A stretch of DNA of 57,079 nucleotides, filler included, from Sphacelaria rigidula (taxonomy: Eukaryota), in NCBI GenBank assembly GCA_964200075.2. It is 6 parts of 6 records of this genome, joined end to end, with 100 filler letters (N's around TTAATTAATTAA, not from the genome) between each part and the next. Parts side by side here need not be neighbours in the genome. Positions count along the whole stretch, not along the records: positions 9,532 to 18,961 come from CAXNAA020008520.1; positions 19,062 to 28,491 come from CAXNAA020008521.1; 4 more parts are not named here. One strand, 5' to 3'. The notes below the pieces were generated by a model. That model was given only the letters and a program-made list of their open reading frames with translations. It was not told the origin of the DNA and ran no database searches. Below, piece by piece: positions 12,068 to 24,504 of this stretch (positions are counted from its first letter, which is position 1; each line of letters begins with the position of its first letter). The translations under genes were made by a program, and so were the position numbers.

Positions 12068-13174
12068 TTAATTTAGATTGGGTGGGCAGTAGTCGCGCAT
12101 GCGTTTTTGCCATCGGCGCCACGTGGGTTCATTGCCCTGCAATTCAGGGTTCATGATATCAAAGTCATTGATGCATGGACTGTCGCAGTCGCGTATACTG
12201 TGGCCTTGGACACTACAGTTGATGCGACTGTTGGCATGACTGCTGAAGGCATTGCGTCTAGCGGAAGACGAAAGAAGTGGGTTCCACAAATGGGGGTCAT
12301 CGGTAATGAATACCGTTGTTGAAGACAAATAAACACCATCCCAAGTTTCCTCGGAAAACAGCCAACCATCAAAACTCGCGCTGAATGCATCTCTGGTACT
12401 CTGAACATACATAACTGAGTCGGTGACCGAGTCGGGGGTCCATGAAGCGCGAGACCAGCTCGAACTCCTGCCGCGAGCCCCTTGGGCATGAGCGGAGGAC
12501 ACAACCGTAGGTTGTGAACGCAAAGGCGTAAAAGGTTTGCCACGTATGGCAGGCGTTAGATTACCCTCTTGGTGTACAAAAGCAGCCCACATAGTACCAA
12601 CGGAGGCGTAAGGCACCTCGCGATGCGCCAAGACACCCGGAAATAACGACGGCATCAGAGCCGGATACTGTTGAGCAACGCTACTACGAACGTTAGTCTG
12701 ACACATCGCATCGCTCGGTCCGTTTTGGCGTCCGGCACCCGTAGTACCCGAAACCAAAAGCTTAAATTCGCAGAGATAATCCGCGAAGGGGACATCAGAT
12801 GCGACGACAAAAGAACTCAGCCTCTGGATGGCGCTGACCTGGTCACTTTTGTCAACGTAGACAATTAAACGCCTCTCCAAATCAGAGAGTAATACCGGGC
12901 CTGTCTTCCCTTTGGCACGGTCCGGATCCATTTCGGTGAGGAAGCCGTCGAGAATCTGCATTAAAGAAGTAGCGATGTCGGGAGAGCGGCGGCTGATGGA
13001 TCGATGCAATTCTTTGTGCAAGGGAGTCTGCCAGCCCTCTACCCAGTCGGAATCTTCGAAACGTTGTGTGCTAGTCGCATCCGCCAAGTGAAGGATGTTA
13101 CAAACAGTGCGGCGAATGGACGTGATAAGGGCAGAAGTAAACTGGCCCGAATCTCTGTTATCCGCAGCAGGCAT
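12068..13174 (-). pseudogene. Retrotransposon Gag (capsid-like region plus zinc knuckle)
   Basis: RINCSVQGHSIRDC is CX2CX4HX4C with the first Cys changed to Arg (~12185-12226). The ORF is in the same frame as the protease ORF, separated by in-frame stops at 12068-12070 and 11861-11863. Confidence 0.7.
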
Positions 13175-16100
13175 GGTTTTAATGTTCCGGAGTTTTTCAC
13201 ATCCATCTGAATATACTGCCTCTGTATTGTAGCTACTCGGGCAGACTCAGCTCTATCGGAAGCTGTTTTTTTGCTGGCTTCGAAACGTTCTTTGCTAGCC
13301 ACAGCGGTTGCTAAGGCGCGGGCTGCAGTAGAAGACAAAGGGTGGTCAGGTGTGTCCGTATCGGATAAAGCTGAAATGCGGGCCGAAACATCAGCCAATA
13401 TAGCAATCACTTGCCTGGGAGTCGCCAGACCCGAGGGGGGAAGATCTGTACCGGACCGGTTCCAGCCGGTTGCGGAAGATTCGGAAGAATTACCTCCGGA
13501 TTTCTTGCGGGCAGGTTGCGGGGGGTTGCGAGCCGGGCGGTTCGGTCCGGAACCGCTCGAAGAAGATTCTCCACCGCCATGGCGGCGGCGTGAACCTCCG
13601 CCATCGTTGTCGTCGTCATCTCGCCGGTGGTTCTCCTTCTGTTCCCGGCAGTTGGTGGTTGCGGGAGTCCATTCATCTTCATCTTCGTATCCGTCGGCGA
13701 TGGTGGCGCCGGTATGAGGCTCGTAAGCGGCGCGGAGCGCTGCAAAAAGTTTGGTGACAGCGTCAACGTAAGACTGGTGATCCGGGTGATCGCCGATAGT
13801 CGTGTGGAGGACCAGTTGGCCCAAGGTGAGCACCGACACGCCCTCATTGGGGGAGAAGCCGCCCTGGTCCACGTAAACACCAATGACGTAGAGCAGTCGC
13901 TACGAAATTAGGGTCCATGCTTCGCGGGAGCAATAAAGATGGTTGCTGCGATGGAAAGGACTTGTATGGGCGGCCACGAACGAGAAAGCCAATCTCGTTC
14001 GTGGGGCGCCAGTTGCAAACCTTGGGCAGCGGCGGCATTCGCCGCCGAGCTAGCTCCTCGAGGTGGTGGCGTTGGAGCCATCGTGGGGGCGGCAGCGGCC
14101 GCAGCATACGACGTCTTGTCGGACTTACGTGCTATTACGTGAGTAGACACGTTGGTCGTTGGCTGGCGAGGCGGACGGGCACTGAGCAAGTTGCTGGCGG
14201 AAGGCGGAGAGGCTTGATGGTTTGACAAGCGCGACACCGACGTAGCCGCTTCTTGAGACGTCCGTCAGACATGATCTTCCAGTTCGCGCACCCGTCTCTG
14301 AGCCGCCATGGCTGCAGTACGACCTTCGTGAAGCGCTCGTTAGGCAGCCGTACTCGTGCATTGAGCGTTGGAGGCCTGCCGCTGAAGATCCTTTTGCTTC
14401 TCAGCGTGTTCCTCCAGAAGGAGGCGGGCAGCGGCAACGTCAGCTTTGCGTTGCTGGTCGAGTATATCTTGTGTGAGTGCTGATGCTTGTGTGGCGTAGT
14501 CGTCCATGAGCTGCAGCTGCTCCGCGCGGGGGCGGTTTCTGAACAGCCCCAAGAGGAGGCCAGTCGGGCAGCGCTTGTCGCCGAGCGGAGGGAGAACCTC
14601 CACAGGTGGGGGCGAGCGCAAGGGGGCATCCTCGACGGGGCTAGTGGTCGGTCCGCTATCTGCGTCGGTGTCGACTGCGAGTGGGGCGGTCACGGGTGTA
14701 GGAGCCGTGAGTGTAGTTGGCGTGGTAGAAGGCGCAGCGGCCATAGTAGCGGCGGCGGCAGCGGCAGGTGTTGCGGCAGTAGTAGTTGCAGGAACGCCAG
14801 TGGGCTCCGTGGTGATCGTGGCGGCAGCAGCAGCGGATCTTGAAGTGTCCATTGTTAGTAGTTGTCGCTCGAGATCTGTCAATCGTTCTTGAAGAGAACA
14901 AATAATCGCAGCATCGGAGCGGGGTCGTCGGTTTTGCGATGAGGTGCGGCCGGATCCCTCAATTGAGGATTCCAGAGCCGGTGGCATGTCCGAAAATATG
15001 TTTTGAATATCATTAGTATGTACAGTTTTATCATTGCGTACATTATGGCGGCGTGACAGATGCGGAGCAGGAGGGGTGCGCGCGGTTGCATGATCGGTAT
15101 TATCGAGCACGAGTGAACGCGCGAGAAACTTGATCTGTGCCGCAAATCATCCTCGTAAGTACGGTCACGGTTAGCAATCACCGGGCGCTTCGGAGCCCGC
15201 GATGAATCGGAACTATGGCGTGAACTACCGTCATATGTGCGACCATGAGCGATATTCTTCGGGCGTGTGAAAACGCGCGATGAATTCACGCTTTGCTGGG
15301 AATTGCCCTTAGAACTGCCAGAACGGGAGATGTGGTCGTGACCAACTGTCGGTGTGCGGCGCCGGTCAGAAGCGCGAGCAAGACTCTGGTTTGACGTTGA
15401 GGAGGGGCTGGACTCATGTTCGTTGAATTTCGCATGAGTGACGAACGGAGGACGCGATGTCGCCGATCGGGGGGCCAAACGTACGGATTTGGGCGTGGCA
15501 GGTGCAGAATCATCGTTGAATTGTACGTGAGCAGATAGATGCCGATTGGTCTTGGAGCGTGGCCTGGCAAAAGGCTGTGAAGCTGGCGAGTGCGCCAGCG
15601 CCGATGAAGTGCGACGCAGAGTCTGCATGACAGCATGCATGGCCGCGACTGCGGGTCCGACATTGGCGCAGTAGGGCGCACGGGACCATCGAGAGTCGTG
15701 CGATAGGGGTCCGTAACGGAAGCAGCCCGCGTGGCAAAGTCTCTTGCTTCAGAAGCGATACGCTTCGTCGGGACAGAACCGTCTTGAGAGTTGTCAGCCG
15801 TCATGCGACGGGGTGCCACGGTTGAAGCAACCGTCTCAGGGCCAAGCTGGACACGTGTGTCCAGGGGCAATGACTCAGCTGGGGGCACAATCCTGACTTC
15901 GGATTCCACATTGGGACTCGGAAGAACCGGACGGAGCGAGGGGGCGCTACGGAATCCATCGTTATGGGTTCACTGACATGTCCATCAGGAACCAATGACT
16001 CACCCGGTAGCACAAGCCTGTTCTCTGAGTCCGAGTCGGAACGTGAGAGAACAGATCGCGGGGTCATAGTCTTGTCTTCAAGCCTCGAAGAACGAGCATC

Positions 16101-16452
16101 GCTCGAAGGTTGGTCTTCAGATCCCGAAGATCGAACAGCGCTCGCATACGTGCGGCGATGAGTTGAAGGTGATGTGACACTCATATTAAAAGATTTCGGA
16201 CCGCGAGTGGTTTGACTCCGTGTCCGACGAAGCGATTGGTTTCCCAATTGAGGGGAAGAGCCAGCGTTATTTTTGTGCGACATGATAGTCGTACGCAACT
16301 TGTGTGCTTAAAAAGGTAGGGGCAGTGTGTCTGGTCGTCGAGCTCTAATCAAGGAGCGTGACACCAAGAAATGCTAAGTGCAACGGCCAAAGCTTGTGTC
16401 CGGAAATACGGGATAATAAAGCCTAATAGCGCCTGGGGGGGCCGTGGGAACC

Positions 16453-17921
16453 TGATGAACTCGAGTATTATTATTCAAGATAATTACACTATGTAACAAC
16501 AATGTCCGGGGTCTGGTTAATACAACTTATCTAAGTCGTGGCGGTGATAGCTATCAACGGTAGCTCGGGATTACGCACAGAACAGACGTATGGCGTCGAA
16601 AGCGAAATCCAATTGCCCGTAGCAGCGTTAGTACGTGAAAGTCGTACGACTCACACGTGTTCCGGTTGTGGCGTCACGGGGAGACTATAACTGTATTATC
16701 TCGGCACAAGCTGAGAAACGACTGGCGGTGTTCAATGAAATTTGTTTTTGATGAGCACCGAAAGATCGTGCAGCGTAGGGCAGCACAAACGCGTCTACAA
16801 AGGTTGGGATGTAGACCGCTAGGTCGGATCTCGTAGTGCACAGGCAAGGCTTGTTACACAACGAAATTGGGACAACGTACGTATGTGAAACAAAGTTGAA
16901 GTTATGCACAGCAGGGGCAACGCTGAGGGCGTGCGCCGAAAAAAAAGGTAGTGCACAGGCAAGGGGCACTGGTTTCGAGTGCTGTCCGCTCCAAGTGAGC
17001 ACGCAGCGTAGGTTTGAAATGTTTCAAACCAGTATTATCGTAACGAAACCATCTCGGGACAATAAGTTATTGTTTGTTCGAGATGGGGTCAATGGGAGAA
17101 AACTCATAGTTCGTGGAGCTGTGTATTGATACCTATTACTGTGATGTACAGCGCTGCTCTACAGCTGTGCGAAGTATACCAGAAGAGAACAACAACAACA
17201 AAATAGCTACGAATTACACATAATATCACGACAAAACTGTCTCGGAACAATTAGTGAATTTGTTTTTGTTCGAGAGCGGGTCAAATGAGAGAAAACTCAC
17301 AGTTCGTTGTGCTGTGTATTGTTACTTACCACGGTGATGTACCGCGCTGCTCTACAGCTGTGCGAAGTACACCACAAGGAAACAACAACAACAAAGTATC
17401 ACGAGTGACGTATATCACGACGAAACTGAGGTGCCAGAAAGGATAAAAATCTCGTGTACAGATGTCCGTGGTCACCTCTTTGGGAGCACGGGTTGTGTTG
17501 CACAGTGACTTTGGGAACAAAAGATGCAACAGTCGTGTACAATCGATACTAAAATGTGAGAGCGGCAGATTGATGACTTGGCAAGGAGATCAGGTCAGGA
17601 GCATCGGCTGACTATGAGCAACAGTGCGCCTTGTCCACTGGTGTTCTGTAATAAGCTTGTACTAGAAGACTCTCCTTCTGGAAGGAAGGGGGCAACAAGA
17701 CCAAATACGCGAGCCAGGGATGGCTGGGCGCGTGATCGTACTGCACTGAATCACCAAGGGATGTTACGTTGCGCAGTCGGGATGTACCACCGTGCAACGT
17801 ACAGGTGTACATGTCACAAAAAATCACTAAAACACGGCAAGGCAAGGCTGGCGTGCGGTGCGCCTTGATCCAACGTGGCACAAGATGTGCAGTCAAGCGC
17901 TGCAGCAAGCCTCAAGCATCA
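16453..17921 (-). mobile_element. Putative 5' LTR of the Gypsy element (distal boundary uncertain)
   Basis: Plus strand begins TGATGAAC at 16453, next to the PBS-position sequence. A candidate ..GCATCA end lies at ~17921. No second LTR is available for comparison. Confidence 0.35.
17036..17428. repeat. ~190-bp diverged tandem duplication (2 units)
   Basis: Shared blocks ttgttcgaga..gagaaaactca.agttcgt..gctgtgtattg and gcgctgctctacagctgtgcgaagta..aacaacaacaacaaa. Confidence 0.85.
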
Positions 17922-19089
17922 GGGCACGAATACTCTGTACTAGGGGACTCACAGGGCAGAAGCTTTATAGTAGCTTGAGACCCGACTATCAAGAAAGCCG
18001 TAAAGAGCTGAAGAGATAGGCTTGACCGCTCTACTGTACCTGAACCGAACAAAAACACGAGGGGGGCAAAATTGATCACAAATGCTGCGCTCGTGCAGCC
18101 CGACGGGCAAGGATGCAAATCGGTGTCGATAAGGGAAACGCAATTGCAAAAGAAGAAGCTCCTTAATCTAACGCCAAATGTAATGAGGCAGTTATGCTGC
18201 TATAGCAAAGGCCCCGCTTACAGTCCAAACACAGGCTCACACGGCAAGTGGACAGCAGGTAGGTTGGTACAGCTCAGCACAGCTCAGCACAGCTCAACAA
18301 AGTATGTCAGGATGAGTTATCACGCGTGGTTCTTCTCTTCTTCTTGATTATCTTGTCTCTAACTTCCAGTATCCAATCAACCAATGCAACCCAAACAAGT
18401 CAATACACCTCACCGATGCTTAGACTTTTTTGGCTGGAAGGGGGTAGGGGAGCAGTAGTGAGATGGTAGGCGCCGGATGTGGGTATTTGTCACATCTGGC
18501 TGTTACCATCTCTACTATATACAAGCTCATATTCGTACCCGACCAAATCTGAACAGACCTGCAGTCTTGGATACCGGAACACAAGGGAGCGAATAGCCAG
18601 ACTCGACAACGAGTCTGAAGCGGCGTGACAACAGGCTAATATGCGTCTTCATGACATGTTCGGAAGCGATAATGTCAAGTGGTTGGAAAAAGCAAGAAGT
18701 TGGATAATAGGTTGCTTTCGGTAATCACGTCACGAGCTAAGCAATTGAACATGATGGAGTACATGCACACTACAGTAGTCAGCGTCAGAAGTATGCGGAA
18801 TTCGTAATTATTTAGTTTCTCAAAGATTAAAAAAATATGTTTCGCTTGCCATCGCTCATCACAGTGACTGTTGAATGCCAAAAAATAGGCATCTAACAGT
18901 GGATCCTAGAAAATGGGGTTCATACAAAATGTGGGGTTGAAGTGGCATTTCTCTTTTGCAGNNNNNNNNNNNNNNNNNNNNNNNNNNNNNNNNNNNNNNN
19001 NNNNNTTAATTAATTAANNNNNNNNNNNNNNNNNNNNNNNNNNNNNNNNNNNNNNNNNNNNCCCCCCCCCCCCCCCCTATCGTAGGATG

Positions 19090-20097
19090 ACTCTTGGAGA
19101 CACGTGTTCGTAGAGCTCGAGGCGGCTAGAGTGGCGGATTCGGGAGAGCGAATATTTCTTCGGCCAGCGGATGCTTTTCGCTCTCTTGAGTTCAATACAC
19201 CAACGCGAGCTTCCAGAGCTCCGGGTGGCTCAAGGTCACGGGTTTCTGACCAGCGAATACTGTTTCGGTCAGCGAATCCCTTTGTCTCATCTTGAAATCA
19301 AGACATCTACGTTTTCCGAGAGCTCTAGGCCGATCAAGTTCACGGATGATTCCGACCAGCGAGGTTTCTTCGGTGAGGGAGTATTTTTGTCTCACCTTAG
19401 AGACCAGAGACGTGCTTTGAGATGTGAGCTCCTACAGTCTTAGGCAGCCGAAATTACGGCCTTCGATCAACGGATATTTCTTCGACCAGCGGATATGTTT
19501 GTCTCATCTTGGAGCCAAGACACCTACTACGCAACACATATGTGCTGCTGAAGCCGAAGAGACGGAGGTCGTCGGAAACCATGTCTTCGATTGGCGAATG
19601 CTTTTGTCGTTTTTTCAAGCGGAAAAACCTCATGCAAGACACAAGTAGTGGTGCTAGGGCTCCAGAGCTCTAGGCGACTGAAGATGAGGGATTCTGGCGA
19701 GCGCATCTTGGAGTCAAGACACCCACTTCGAGACAATGTGCTTCCAGGAGTAGAGACCGCGAAAGTTGACGGAAATTGGTCGGCCAGTGTGTTTCCGATC
19801 AGCGAGTATTTCTGTATTTTCTTGATATCAAGGCACCCACCTTAAGACATGCTGCGAGGGCTCTACGCGGTCGGAGATGAGACAGGTTTCGGCAAGCGAA
19901 TAATTTTTCGGTCAGAAAATATTTGTGTCTCTTCAAGAAATCGACACTCCGAATTCGGGACACACGTGCTCTCAAAGCTCCAGGGGGCGAGAGTGAGGTA
20001 TTTAGGCCAGCGAATATCTTGACGGCCAGCGAGTATTTCCTTCCACTTTTCTAATACCAAGACCCCTACTTCAAGACACGTGCTTCAAGAGCTCACG
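19090..20097. repeat. Degenerate tandem array, ~110-120-bp period, ~8-9 units
   Basis: Recurrent ordered motifs GAGCTC .. (c)cagcgaatat..ttcgg.cagcga .. gtctcatcttgga.tcaagacac. Confidence 0.65.
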
Positions 20098-20384
20098 ACG
20101 GTGCGTGCGGGTGCGGGTGGGTGGCCTTTCGCTTGTTTGACTCAGGTTTGTGGGACATGTCCCCCCGCCCCTCGCCGCCAACCAAGCAGGACGAACACAA
20201 GTTCAAACAAGCACGAGCACCACGAAAGGCACGAAACCGCAGCGATAAGCTCGTCCTCAACACGAGCTCTCCTTGCCCAAGCGGCAACTCTCGGCGTCGA
20301 GAGCTGGAGAAATGAAGGCGACCTCGGTCAGTTTTTCGTTTTGAACAAGTAGGCGAGACAATGGCGCACAGTCCCGCCCGCCAA

Positions 20385-20663
20385 GGCCCACTATTATCGA
20401 CATTGCTTTTGCCAGACATGTCAGAAAGTTTCATAGTCTCCGCGCTCTGCGTTCAGACTTTCCCCAGAATGAAGCGAAGCGATTTTTTCTCCGAAGCTTC
20501 TTTCTCGGAGAAGGCCGAAAAATTAGGACTGCAACGCAGCACTTCGGAGACCTGCTCTGCGAGTACACCGTGGCGGTCGCAAGTAGTCGAGAATGGTCCG
20601 GTACCTTGCCAGTCCCGACAGCTTCGGAGATTTCCGAAAAAAAAACGTCGATAACAATGGGCC
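20385..20663. mobile_element. PIF/Harbinger (Tourist)-like MITE
   Basis: TIR GGCCCACTATTATCGAC versus reverse complement GGCCCATTGTTATCGAC (15/17). Internal tctccgaag/cttcggaga motifs. The TSD is not cleanly preserved. Confidence 0.6.
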
Positions 20664-21239
20664 TCAATCATGTGTTATGTTGCTGCGGTCCTTCACATCG
20701 ATTGACTGTTTTTTGCGCATTTACCGTTCCGCTACGATTTCGGCCGTCGTCACAAGACAGGTATACCGAGGGTAACTACACGACACACACACACGCACTA
20801 AGGGATTCTCGATAAAGGGAGGAAACGAAAAAGAAAAAGAGAGATGACAAAGTAAAGGAAACTGCGCGAACAGATGCGAATAAACGAGAAAGGTGAAGAG
20901 AAAAAAGGAAAGCGAGACAAGAAATACCACGCCAACATCTCCGGTGCCGGTCCCAAGAAATAGAAGAAACGGCAGGCCCCCGCCACATAGACTCGGGTAA
21001 GGCGGCCGCACGAGAACAAAACACGAAACGAAATGAAACAACTCCTCTTCTCCCCACTTCCATTTGAAGTCTGCCGGAGTTTTCTCATCTTCGTCACAGA
21101 CGAGTACCGCGCATTTGGTAACGTCCGCTCAGACAACAGTAGAAATGAGTGTGTCTTGTTGGTAACAAGCGCGTTCGAACAAACGTTGCCGCTTTCAACG
21201 ACAGGTTTAGGTGGAAGTTTGTCGAAGAAATGCCTCCAA

Positions 21240-21790
21240 ATCCCCCCCCCCCCGCCCGCCCTATCGTTCAACCTGGTCCGGCGGGAACCCGGCGTGCTCC
21301 GTCCCAGCTTTGTTGGGGCGGACCCCCGATGGGGTTGGCATCGGTTGGCAATCCCGCTGTAAAACACGCCACTCACTGCGTCAGCTAGGCAATCAGGGTA
21401 CCGATTGTGTGTGCGTCCGCGTTTTGTTTTTCTATGAACATGATGGTGGTCGAGTTTGATCACGTTGTGCGGCATGGGAGACCCTCAACTCTGCACAATG
21501 GAGACGGTCGTGCTACGTAGTGTTTGAATGGTGAGACACCCATGGGGCAGCGTATGAGCCGTGGCTGTCTCTGGAAGTGGCGATATAAGAAAATGAAGCA
21601 ACTTATTGTAGGCTGGCATCCAAATGCAAGATAATCAGTAGGCTTCCGGCCGACCAATCTCAGNNNNNNNNNNTGATTGAGTGCGAGCTTGGTCTGGCGA
21701 AAACCCAGCGTGCTCCGTCCCGGCTTTAAAGGGATGCGAGGTCAATGGTCTTATGACTATGGCATGCATTTGATCATGAGTACCCCGCCC
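21240..21790 (+). mobile_element. Copy of the modular poly(C)-junction repeat (10-N gap at 21664-21673)
   Basis: Homologous to 8730-9360. Confidence 0.85.
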
Positions 21791-21809
21791 TCCCCTATCG
21801 TGGCATTAC

Positions 21810-22022
21810 TCGTATCAAGATCGTTTTTCGAGGATTCAACCCGATTCGGGGCACGGCAAGACGCTTCCCTTCGAGTCAAAGGCCTAACACCGCACAACGC
21901 CCATCTCTTCAAGACCATATCGGAAAAATGCAGTCCTTGCCAAAGACGTGAACGCTATACTGGATGCATGCTTAGGAGCCGGCTTGATACGACACTCCCC
22001 CCCTTGGGCATTGCCCTTCGCC
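21810..22022 (+). pseudogene. Gypsy reverse transcriptase N-terminal fragment
   Basis: TPISSRPYRKNAVLAKDVNAILDACLGAGLIRHSPPWALP matches the Gypsy 'P...RPYR........V...L..L..G.I..S.SPW.SP' region. Confidence 0.7.
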
Positions 22023-23644
22023 GTCAGTGGTCGTCCCTAAGGGAGATGGCTGCATACGAATCACGGTGAAACCTGTAGCCAAATGATACCAAGCCGTAGG
22101 TTTCAGTATAACCGCGTGCATGATTAAAAAAGTCGCAGGGGACAGGGCATCCTGGATTGATGACCCTCATCTGTGTGGCCCCTCGCTGTCTAGCTCTTGA
22201 TGTGGTATGTTTCTGGATCACTCCGTGATAATAACAAGTGGGAAGAAAAGACTTGTCGAGCACGAGGCCAGTGCTACTGGAGGAGTCCCTCGTGGAAAGT
22301 CCTCTTGCCCAGATCGCCTGGCAGAGGCTTCAGTATCTAGATATTATTCTTCCGGCACTCTGTTAGAAGAGTTTGGCTGAGAAGAGGTGGGCTGCAGTTT
22401 GGAGCCAGTTTAGCCCGCAGACAGGAGGTGACCAACTTGAAGCGCACAGCAGAGGGGGACGCTCCGTGAGCTGGAGGACGCACAAGTCAGGGCAAGAGTC
22501 TCTCAGTGACGCGTCAGCGGCTGAATCGCGTCACCGTTGTCGAGAATCTCCCGAGCCCTCGTAACGACGGAGTCTTTGATTCAAGGTTCGTCTTTCGACC
22601 TGATGGGTGGTACCATGATCACGACGACAGTAAGCGGTGAGTAATGGAGATAGGTATCAGCCCAACCCATCTCGCCAACACGCAGAACGACTCAGACGGC
22701 GAAGAGTCCGTATATTCCTCTACCGTGGAAGCACGGCCGAACGAGATAGCTAGCAAGAGCGCATCGTCTAGCCCGGCTCGTCGGCGTCCTCGTCTAACAG
22801 TGCATCAATTAGCAGCTTACCAGCATCATCGGACTCTACCTCTGCGTTGCCATCCAACAGCAGCTAGCGGATCGTCAGGTTCGAGCGCGGGCAGCGACGT
22901 TATTCCGATACTGCGATGCCCCGTTCTCCGTCCCCGGATGTCATGTCGCCCTCTGAAAGCAGTTTTGAAGGTGGGGCGGAAGAGAACGGAAATAAACTTT
23001 CTTCCGGCTCTGGGTTGCACTCAAGAGGTACATCGAAAGAAACGCCCGTCGGTAGCGTGGACAGAGCGACAGCTGATTGGAGGGAAAAGGGTAGTAAAGC
23101 AGGGAGGCGCCGTCCACCCATGCGAAACGTCGCGCGGGCGAGTCGGAAAAGGGAGACGTGAAAAATAGAGCTCTTGAGCTTTTCGGACTCAGTCCCCCTC
23201 CAAGAACGAATAAGGGAAAGAAAAACAATAGCCACAGTGCGTCGAGAGGAGTTATCAGCAGACAATAAGTTGTTGGTCCTTTTCTCAGGGATGCGGTCTC
23301 TCGCTGGGTCTGGTTGAGCGTCGCCATCAACGGATGATGAGGCAGGCTTGGGTGACGGCAGCACCATACGCACAGACACGAGAAAGAAAGAAAAAATAAC
23401 AGGGGTACAAAGTGAGAGCGATAGAACATATTGCAGGGAAGGGTAGTCCGCAGGATTGGCCGACAAACAGACCAAGCACGAACGGAAGAGCGCTGATGAA
23501 GGATGGTGATCTCCAGGAATAGATGAGAAGTGAGGTTAAGTATGCCCGAAAATAGGAGACGGCAGCACACCGCCGTCTTGCAGTTTTCTGTGGTAGAACG
23601 CTCTCTCTTGTCTCGCCCAATACGGCCTAGACCCTGCGTCACGC

Positions 23645-23663
23645 ACACACACACACACACACA
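23645..23663 (+). repeat. (CA)n microsatellite
   Basis: Read directly from the sequence. Confidence 0.9.
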
Positions 23664-23823
23664 TATGGACGCACACGTTCCCAATCTACTTTCCACTAAA
23701 GAAGCACCGCCTATCCACGTCACCTACTTCCCGAATACTCCACTCTTGTCTAGTGAAAAGCGCATTCACACGATTTGCATTACTGGTGAAGGGCAATCAT
23801 CTCTTCACACACGCAGGTCTAGA

Positions 23824-24504
23824 CGCTTGTCTTTTCCTCGCCGCGGACCGCGTTCGTGAAACGCTGTGTGCCGCTCACGGAGCGCGCGAAACGGCGCCCA
23901 CAGGCTGACGACATCGAATCGAATCGATGCACACAGCACGCGTCACACCCCTCAGCTCGAACGCGGTGCGTCGTGTGTGTCTCCACACACAGTGTACGGC
24001 GAGGAAAACCTGGACACATCGAATCGAATCGATGCACCCATAGCGCTTCGATAGAACATCTACCAATTCTCTCGAATCCTCGAAGCTCTCAAAACGCACA
24101 AACACGCTCAGACACGGCACTCCCAAGATCAACTCGCACATGCATTTTCTGGGCGCTTGTCTTTTCCTCGCCTCGGACCGCGTTCGTGAAACGCTGTGTG
24201 CCGCTCACGGAGCGCGCGAAACGGCGCCCACAGGCTGACGACATCGAATCGAATCGATGCACACAGCACGCGTCACACCCCGCGGCTCGAACGCGGTGCG
24301 TCGTGTGTGTCTCCACACACAGTGTAGTACGGCGAGGAAAACCTGGACACATCGAATCGAATCGATGCACCCATAGCGCTTCGATAGAACATCTACCAAT
24401 TCTCTCGAATCCTCGAAGCTCTCAAAACGCACAAACACGCTCAGACACGGCACTCCCAAGATCAACTCGCACATGCATTTCCTGGGCGCTTGTCTTTTCC
24501 TCGC
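23824..24504. repeat. Near-perfect 330/333-bp tandem duplication (2 units plus start of a third)
   Basis: cgcttgtcttttcctcg at 23824, 24154 and 24487. Each unit contains acatcgaatcgaatcgatgcac twice. Confidence 0.95.

Larger units (their letters stand above)
9790..16452 (-). mobile_element. Ty3/Gypsy-like LTR retrotransposon, 5' internal part (long pre-Gag region, Gag, protease), decayed
   Basis: Gag with degenerate CCHC knuckle, then aspartic protease motifs in the same frame. The region starts at an LTR-like ..GTTCATCA end at 16453. No RT is recognisable before the contig end. Confidence 0.8.

Noticed and set aside
21810..22022. Gypsy RT fragment as the missing pol of the 9790-16452 element
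   Set aside because: Different contig and opposite strand.
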